Part shown: positions 53,201-62,000 of the stretch, in pieces | Numbering within the stretch: position 1 is the stretch's first letter | How the letters are laid out: every line of letters begins with the position of its first letter | Assembly (NCBI GenBank): GCA_019095985.1 | Contig: CM032667.1 | Span: 53,754,001-53,816,000 of the forward strand | DNA length: 62,000 bases | Direction: 5' to 3' | Source of the DNA: Streblospio benedicti | Taxonomy: Eukaryota | Translations under genes and position numbers: made by a program | Notes under the pieces: generated by a model | What the model saw: the letters and a program-made list of their open reading frames with translations, nothing else | Told to the model about the DNA's origin: nothing | The model's database searches: none

Positions 53201-54397
53201 AGGGGAACTCTTTTTATCTGTGTTCATCGCGTGTTGATGCATCTACACGACGCATTGGTGACGTTATGAGGCTGTAATTAGCATTACTGTAGTCTATTTG
53301 GTGGACTACGATAGAACCTCCCGTTAAAACTATCTCTCTTGGAAGACCGTAGCCATAATTAGAAGTTTTTTTGCAGTCACAAACTGTCAAAGAGGAACCG
53401 ATGATAACCTCCCTGTAGATAATAGAAGTCATAGAGCCTTGAGCCTTCCCAATTTTTCCAGTGCAAGCTTGAGTTGTGCACTACAACCAGCTCTTCCATG
53501 ACACGGGGTATGACTAGCGGAATTGCATAACAAGCAATGTTTATATTTTACTCATACTTTGTGTTCTTATATATGTGCTGGATTTATGATGCGTGTATTC
53601 GGATACAACGTTGCAACTTTTGCCAGTGTTGGTAGATATTCTGAACCGAATCTGCCGTGGTATGACCAAATCGTATCTCTTCACGAGCGTGGTGTATTCA
53701 CCCCTTGCTGCACCATGTATTATCTCTTATCGTATAATAAATTGCAATTTTCGTGAAATAAAATTGGTGATTGTCAGACTGGGGGCACTAGAATACGTTT
53801 GGTGGGCATATGACATCGTTTGTAGAGTACTTAATATCTAAATAAATACAGGAAAATCTATTTATTTGTTTGCATTTTGTGGTGGTGGGTAATAGTTGCT
53901 TAGTGTGGTTACACATGAAACACATCATGTTTTGCTAGATATATAAATAGTGTGCTATTAAAGCCAAACATGAAAGGAGAGTAAAACTAGACAATAAACG
54001 GGCAATAATACCGGCGTTTACACAGTCTGCTGTCCAACTTCTATTTCAGAGGTACACGTGTGCACGTACATCGTGCGTGTAATGAGAACGTTATGAGCTA
54101 CACTCAGTGCGTGTGAGCGGGTTATAAATGATTGTTTGTGCTGATATTTGTTCTAATCAGTGGTTTTATAATGACATGAATCTGTGTTTCATATAATTAA
54201 CCCAACTTGTACTTAGTGTACTGCGCAAAACAAATACAAATCAAGTGTACATACAAACGTCATTCCGTAATGGTGGCCATCTTTAAAAATGTCAGCCATC
54301 TTGAATATGTGCACAATGATTTTAATTCGTTCAAAGGGTACTTCTAGAAGTGGGCTTTTCTGTAAAAGCAATATGCAGTATCTGCTGCAGTACTCAC

Positions 54398-54550
54398 CAC
54401 TTGCAGCACGTAGATCCTGCCCTGCTCCCCGGCGTACAGCGTCTTGTTGACGCCGATGTCGGCGAGCGCGGCCCTGGACGGCGCTGTCTTCTCCACAGCG
54501 AGGGTCACGCGGGAGGCGCCGTGGTCGCCATCACGCACCACCACGGAACC
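54398..54550 (-). CDS. Exon 2 of the same gene; extracellular beta-rich, DUF4097/putative-adhesin-like segment
   Basis: Acceptor cttcctccag|, 51 codons GSVVVRDGDHGASRVTLAVEKTAPSRAALADIGVNKTLYAGEQGRIYVLQV, donor |gtgagt. Phase 0 at both ends, in frame with exon 1, strongly GC3-biased. The domain assignment is visual resemblance only. Confidence 0.78.
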
Positions 54551-56241
54551 CTGGAGGAAGGAGGCAGTGAGGTACATAAATATTTGCCATGATCTCTCAA
54601 AATCACACCGCTAATGGATAAAAAGAATCACCGACAAAAAGGGTTGAAACATGGACCACCATTAATGAGACCACTTGAAGTCCATCATCCGGGTGGTCCT
54701 AATATATAATCGAGAAGTTCTATTGCACCCTAATTTATCTGGACTTCTAATTTCTCAAACATAAAAGGATTGCATTGTGTTGTTCTTTGGCTGTGTGGTG
54801 AGGGAGATAGAAACATAATGAGTAGGATCAGAGGGCAATGGAGGAAGCTGAGAAAAACTCATCCTAATTACCGGATGCACACTCCTCTGTGTTTCATACA
54901 TGCTAACTTTCAAAGGTAAACTATTAACTTCCCGTTCGTTTTGTAGGAGGAAAACAACTCATTATGAATACGGCCTGCCGCTTTTTATTGTCCTTTAAAA
55001 TCTGCATCATTTAACTTTTCGCTGTAGTGCTATTACCCTCATCCCATGTTTACCATTATCACCCGCTTTAGATGCAGAAATACGTCTGATTTTGTAGTCA
55101 CCATTTCTATTCGCAAAATTCCCATGTACTGTAATTTGATTAGCGTTCTCCCAGAAACTGAAGTGGTAGATTCAAATCAATGGGTTTCCTCTTTAAACTG
55201 AAGTGGCAGATTCAAATCAATAGGTTCCTCTTTGAAAATTAGGCTATTACAATTAAGTACATTGTCAATTAAAACATCTAAATATATCATATTGAGAACA
55301 CCTCTATTGGACTATCTCTCTAGGTCCAATCACTGAACAAACTCTAAATCCATCCATGACCCATAAATAGCCATAATCCATAAATCTGAAAGCCATAATG
55401 AAGCACATCCCGTCCGCATTACAGGCCAAGTGCCACAACCCGTCTAGGTCAACCCCCGAGGGTGAAAGGTCACACCCCCTGGGCTGAACTGTCCGCTACG
55501 ATAACGACCCTACACGCATGCGGGTGGTGGCGGGGGCCTCTCCAGCGTCCGCACTAAGCACACAGGTCGATACTGCGGAGATTACATGGATCTCGACTCA
55601 ATCCGGATGCAGGATGAGTCTGGACGCTGTTGCCAAGTGGGTTAATTGCATTTTGTCGCAATCATCGATGATGTACGATTAGTTTGTACTGGAAACGGCT
55701 TTGGGGACGATTATAGCAGCCAGGATGGTGTAAAGTCTGCTTACAATTTGTGTCTATTTGTATGTGGGTAAGGCGTGGTGCAAGATTAGCTTTTACGCCA
55801 AAAAGGAGACTCTAATTATACATTGAAATTTTGGTATTAAAGGCAATTTTGGAGTCGCGTTTTTCGTTTGTGTGTCTATTATATCAGAAGAATCCTACCT
55901 TGAATTAATTATCACGTGGATTATATGAAAATTGTGTGCACGATTATATTTTTGTCTATAGTGAATTTTCTTATAAGAATTGAATTATATCTTTAAAGGC
56001 ATGAATTGGAGAATAGATGGTTGAATAAAAGCTTTTATCAGATAATCATTTCTAGACCGTTATAAATTGCTATCTCCTGAATCATCTTAATAACATAATA
56101 AAATGCAGAGCGGATGATGCTTGGAGAGAAAGTCAGCACACACAGTGCATCCCTGGATCTGCCAGTGAGAGCAAGTAATTGTCTTGGCCACATTGAATAT
56201 ACAGATATCTCCGTGGCATATGAGATGCGTGTAGGCCTCAC

Positions 56242-56400
56242 CTGCATATTGTGCCTGATGTGCAGCTCGCGTAGCCCGTCCACGTCCACCTCGGCCACTT
56301 CGCTGATCACTGCCCCACACGAACCTCCACTCCCCCCTGCTGCCACGGCAACCACCCCCACACATGCCAACAACAGCACGCCGCACAGCCCCCACCCCAT
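56242..56400 (-). CDS. Exon 1 of a secreted or type-I membrane protein (signal peptide)
   Basis: Kozak-like gccatcATGG. Reads MGWGLCGVLLLACVGVVAVAA (hydrophobic signal) GGSGGSCGAVISEVAEVDVDGLRELHIRHNMQ, 53 codons, with a phase-0 donor CAG|gtgagg. GC-rich island in an AT-rich background. Confidence 0.8.
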
Positions 56401-58054
56401 GATGGCTCAGTCAGCACCCGCAGTGTCTCACACAAATGTTAGACCATAATGGCGGCCATATTGGGAAATGGTGGCCATTTTGAAAATTTTAGTTAAATCC
56501 TTCAAATGTCTCACATGCTCCACCCCATGCCATGGCAACGTGGACTGAACTGTTACTTGGCACCACTGGGATGGTTATCGCCGAATCGTGGTGTTTCTAG
56601 TATTAATCCTTGCTTGTGAATCCTTGTATCCTGAAGTTGTTATTAGTACATTGTCTGACTAGATTTAGATGTAGATCTATGCATAGTACGTTTGATATAT
56701 CCTACAGTGCATGTGCTTCGCGTTATATCCTACTCAGCAACCGGATTATGGTTGACTGTCATGCGTTCTTATCCATCTATATCCATAATTTAGCTGTTAT
56801 CATTCGACACATATCCTTCATGTCTAAACCTACTTACACAATATATCCGATAAAAGCTAAGTACATGTATTATATATTGCACATATCCAAACCTGAGTAA
56901 AAGCTACATTGATTTCCACATATCCTAAGCACTATATCCAACCTTCCGTTTATGCCTCACCTTTATAATCATATGTCGCATCAGGCATACATTTTTTATA
57001 TTATCAGGCTTGAATATCAAACCTTGTATTCAGAAACAATCGTTGTGGATATTAATGCTTAAATTACAGCATTTTATGATGTAAAGCATTGTTTGGACAA
57101 TTATAATTACCCGTTCTAATTAGATCATCCATATACATCAAATCGCATCTCCATCGAATTAACATATCTTATACACCCAGAAACAGACAGTCTAAAAAGT
57201 ATACATTACTACATGCTAAAAACAGCTTGCTTTGTGATATTAAAATTTCAGGCTCCCATGAGAATGGTTTCTGCATTAATGGTACATAAGGCAATCCCAT
57301 GAAGATAGCTATTGACAAGACTAGAAGAGAGTACAGTACAACCTCCTGAGAACCTTCTTACTAATGTGATCACTTCTCCATACTAGACTGTATCTATTTA
57401 GTTTAGAGTCCTTAACTACTGCAAATTGCGGGTCGGGGAGGGGTGGGGGTCTTCTTAAACAAGAGACCTTAGGGCGTATGCTAAAACACTCCACCGACAA
57501 CGTTGCTGTTGCTACAAGCGCCACGCATAAGTGTATTGAGTGGATTTATAATGGTGTTGGGTGTGAAATATGACCACATAGCATGAGTAGGTTATTCCCC
57601 TAAAGCCATGGAAATATCCAGAAAAGGGGCTGCTTGGGAATGCTTGGAAGATAGTGTGTGTGATCCTTTCAAGTCTCTATGTGTGGAAAGAAGCTACCAA
57701 TACATCATAACCACAACTGTTTATACATAACGCTCACGTGGACCATTGCTATGGGTAAACATAAAGGTCATGATAACATGGCGGTCGTGTGACATGCGCA
57801 CTGAGTTCGGACACAGATGAATGAGAAATCGGACGCTTATTGATTTCCCATCCGCCTTAATTACAGGGGAGGCGACCGTTAATGCCGACTGCTGATGAGA
57901 GGAAAAGTACGAGATACTGGCGTGAGAGGCCGGTGGGCGTGGTGAGGGGAGGAAAGCACAGTCTTGATTGCTGTTAGTGGTAATTTTGAATTGATGCAGT
58001 AATTTCAGTAATTTTCTGAATTGATGCAGTAGTTTCAGTGATTTTGAATTGTTT

Positions 58055-58395
58055 GGAGGGGGGGGGGCTATCAATTTTTTCAACACACTTTTGAGGGGGG
58101 CTATCAATTTTTTCACATAAAATTTACCCCTATTTTTTTAGAGATTCTGTACTAAAATTTATTGTTTTTATATTATGGATATCCATCAAATAGGATTTTA
58201 GTTAACCGACAATGAATGCGTGAACTGTTGGGGGTCGGGGGGGGGGGGTCGGGGGGGGTCATCAATTTTTGTCACATGAAATTGAGGGGGGTACCAATTT
58301 TTTCACAGAGGTTTGAGGGGGGCTATTAATTTTTTCACGGCAATTTTGGAAAATCCTCCTACCCCACCCTGTCACAAATACTGAATGGTCCCTAA
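58055..58395. mobile_element. Right end of a MITE with ~30-bp G-run/T-run subrepeats
   Basis: Repeats of GGGGGGCTATCAATTTTTTCA ending in TGAATGGTCCC|TAA; left end not found. Confidence 0.45.
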
Positions 58396-61300
58396 AGCAG
58401 TAGGTTCAGAAATTTTGAAAATAATTATTGCAGTATGTTCCGTACTCATAGAGTTCCTGCGCGGATATTGCCACTGCCATATATCCGCGTATCACAAATG
58501 TAGTATCTTAATATAAGCGCTCAACAAACTGAAAGCCGCAACAACCTCACTGAAGCTGCAACCTCACAACGAGCTACTAATTAGTGGCATAGTGTTTGTA
58601 AATCTTACATACCACACCCACCCTCCCATGATGCTCAGGCCCGTGGCTAAAGTAGTACATGGTGCTACAGCCATTGGATGAATCACACATGCATGGTAAT
58701 CTGCTAACAAAGGGTCGTTGATACAAAGCTGTGAATCTGCCTATGATAGGTTTGCAATGGCCCAGCTTGAGTAAGTCCCCCTATAGAAGGTAATTGTTGG
58801 AGCCTAATGACCCGGGACCGGCAGGGGTATCTGTGTTTTAGGCGGCCATGACCCACCAATCCTATCTGCTCGGTACACGCGTAACCCCACGCCTGGTGCC
58901 CACTCCCTTGCACTCGCACGCCCTCGTGTGCAGCAGAACATCCCATTAACACTACCTCTATTAAAAGACCCCTTCTACATTGAGACCAATTGTTGCGTTT
59001 CCAAGCCTCCATACATAGAAGTAAAAGAAACCACATGTACCTCCTATAAAGTTCATCTCTCTGTTGAGACCATGTGTAGTCAACCCTTTAATAGGTGGTC
59101 TTGTTAGAGAGGTTCTACTGCATCTCGCTCAATTAGTGAAAAAGAAGCAAATGGGCATGGGCATGGGGGAAATGCTTGCTTAGAGTAGCTGTTATTGTGA
59201 TTGCCATGGCATGCACTGACGATTTCTCATATTTATTCCAGGTCAATGGTAAGATGGTTTCCCTGTTTTGACTCACTGCGGAGTATATAGTACAGGTAAA
59301 ACTGCCTGTGGTTTTAAGAATATAGTCAAAATTTCGTTGCGTGTGGTGAAGTACAGTTAAAAAATGCATGCACATACATGAGCATCAATAGTGATTGAAT
59401 CTTAATTACGAGTACTTCATCACATAGACCTATATTACGTCAGTTGATTTCTGTTTGTTTCTAATTAAAAGGAAACTGAAACTGAAAGGATAATATGGCA
59501 TGAATGTGTTATTTCATATTTTTCCGTGATGTGGTTAAATTAAAAAAAGATTAGTATAACGTACAGGTAAATCTTTAACAAGTGTTGCATATATTGGGGG
59601 AAATCCACTTCATGATTTTCCATTGGATTTTATTCCAATGCAAGCTGATGTTTTTAACTGTCATATTACTCATACACTATCACGTGTTCGTTTTTATCAC
59701 ATTGTTGTATCCATGTTTATAAATAATAGCGTCCACACATAATACTGAGTAAATATCACACTCATGTGTTTTCCTGTCACAATATATTTTCAGTAAATCA
59801 AGATTAATTTTTAATTCTCATTATTATCCAACAAAACAAAATATGTATTACTTTTATTCTTTCATATTAATTTACATGATTTGTCTTACAATTTATCTAC
59901 GTCAATGACATTAAATTAACTACTAGAAAATGTCACATAAAAAGCCATTATATGAAATTACAGTAAAGTAGATCATAAAGCAACACAGTCCATTAATTCA
60001 ATATTCAGTAAGTGGTGTGCACAATAATCAATAGTATATTCTCTGTGATGCGGAACTGTCAATAATCCTTCACAATAAAATAATTATCATGAGCATTCAA
60101 GCGTGTCAGAATCAACACATATTCATTATTTGTCACTGAGCATGTTTTTTTATCATTAAATGCCTTCACTGATTGGGCTGCCAGCTCCGTTTGCTCAATG
60201 CCCCCTCTCGGTACCGTCATCTCGTTTATGGTGTTAGTCCCGTTACTTCTTGCTGCTGCCACCTTGTGGCCAAGTCAGTACCTAGTATGTTTATGAAGAC
60301 TGTCCAGTAGGGAGTGTTCCTAAAGTACCGGGGGGTCGGTCATTTTCAGGGCTCCGTTGTTTTAACTCCCCCCGCCCCCCGCGCCCGGAAGAATAAAACT
60401 ATTCCTGTCGTCCCCTATAAGTGTAAAAGCTTTTCTTGTTCTCCCCTCTTTATAAAAGTCATGCCATATGCACAATCATAATGAATTATCTTATATTGCA
60501 TACCTAGGTTTGGTAAGCCCCCTTTTCCTCATCACGAATTTTGTCTTTCAAGAACGTGTCAACAGTAAACTTGCACAAAATATTTGTAGTAGTGGGATTA
60601 TGTTCTTTTCATAAGATGCAAGTCGGTCCCACAAACTCATATCTGACACTCAAATGATTTCATACCGTTTGCACTGCTCAATTTGAAGGTTATTCAAATG
60701 TTCAATACTCTAAAATAAAGATAAATGTGTGTGACTTTATTACGATGATTTTGGGCTTGAAAGGATCAAACTAAACTATTGTGTAGATGTGATGTATCAC
60801 TAATTAAATTGGGCTTGGCCTTTTTGTGATAATACCCAAACCCACCATAAATATACGAACGCTCCTAAGGCTCTGTTTTGTGAGAACATGGATTAAAGTG
60901 TCTCTCCCCACACTGACAAAAGCAAAATGCTACACTGTTTTTAGTGCCAATGAATCGATCTGCATTGTATAATTATTCAAACAACACGCACCCGTCAAAT
61001 GTTCCACGACGTGTGATCGTGAATATTCAAAAGGTTTCCGTCTATTTACGTATCTTTTTGATCTTTTCTTCCACCATATCAGTGTTATTGGTTCGTGCTA
61101 ACTACGTTTACCCCCTAATTTCATATAGCCGATGCTAGCTCCAGATGTTTAAGAAGACGCCAGAAGCTTAGCGTCATATGGAGATGGACGTGGGTGTTCT
61201 GGGTTCAAATTCGGAGTGACCTGGCAGGCTCGGTTGAGCATGGCGCATTTCTTGCTGATTCTTTGTCTGTTTTCTTCACTGTGGCCGGGTCTGTACTTTT

Positions 61301-62000
61301 GGGGGGGAATATGTTTGGCAGATGAAAGCGTAACTACTAAGTGCCGCCCCTGACGTTACAATCTGAACAAATGGAAGCATGAAACAGAAGCATCTGTTCC
61401 AACAGTTGCGTTGTTCAGGATTCTCCATGATTAATGCGGTCTTCGGCGATGAGATAGCACACGTCTGCCGGGTTCTGACCCAAAAATAATTATCACTTCT
61501 CTGGAGAAGTGATTTTGACATTTTCCGGCTTCTGGGCTCCCGTTTTGGGTTATTGAGTTGTTAATTTGGATCATCTTTCTGCTTTACTGACTTGATTATC
61601 GTAAGGTCTTTCTGCTTAAGTGTAGCATTGCTGATGATATTCATAAAGATGTTCCCGTATTATGAAGTGCCATTTCCGAATGATCCAATAAACCTGCTTT
61701 TTCAACCAGTCCATTAGATACGTCACAGACCATCATTCCAGACGATCCCACACGTTTTGGCCACAAAATATGCACACGAGGCACCATAAAAAGGCTGGCG
61801 ATCTTTTTTCTCATTTCTGACATCTTTTTCAGCATCTGGAGCTAGGATCAGCTATGTGAAATTGAGGGTTAACTAGCTAAGACAAAACACAATCCTAGCA
61901 AATAGAAGTAACAACTGATATGTTAGACATGCTGTAGAAATCCTTTTGAGATGTATTTGTAAAAGGCACTTGTTTGAGCTTTGCAAACTTATGTGCATCA

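Noticed and set aside
57890..57906. CTGATGA...GAAA hammerhead-like core
   Set aside because: No stem II or flanking stems could be formed.
61160..61220. GGTTCAAATTC B-box / tRNA-like motif
   Set aside because: No convincing A-box or cloverleaf.

Overview
AT-rich, repeat-dense eukaryotic genomic DNA from a draft scaffold, very probably an invertebrate animal. It has GT-AG spliceosomal introns and three 100-N gaps (31521-31620, 39879-39978, 45396-45495). No prokaryotic features, rRNA, tRNA or CRISPR were found, and almost all ORFs in the supplied track are noise. Two spliced genes can be read by hand. (1) A + strand gene with two coding exons (27487-27589, 29701-30409) encodes a ~270-aa protein with a TRIM-type C3HC4 RING joined by a short linker to a MATH domain; it needs one extra G in a G6 run and the ORF track misses the RING. 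(2) A - strand gene with GC-rich exons has a signal-peptide exon (56242-56400), a second exon (54398-54550) resembling the start of DUF4097-type beta-strand 'adhesin' domains, and probably a transmembrane exon present three times (13217-13388, 21837-22006, 31942-32110). Much of the window is redundant: an ~8.7-kb tandem duplication (about 10140-18790 and 18795-27555), a gap-bounded third copy (31621-39740), and a gap-bounded inverted copy (40013-45395 vs 48536-52246). The last two are probably unpurged haplotigs. Comparing the copies exposes empty and filled insertion sites for a non-autonomous P-superfamily element (7-bp TSD, containing an apparent 17+17-nt excision footprint), a Rex1/Babar-like LINE fragment, a Helentron-associated (HINE/DINE-1-like) element with a satellite core, and several MITEs. 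All family assignments are by eye, not from database searches.
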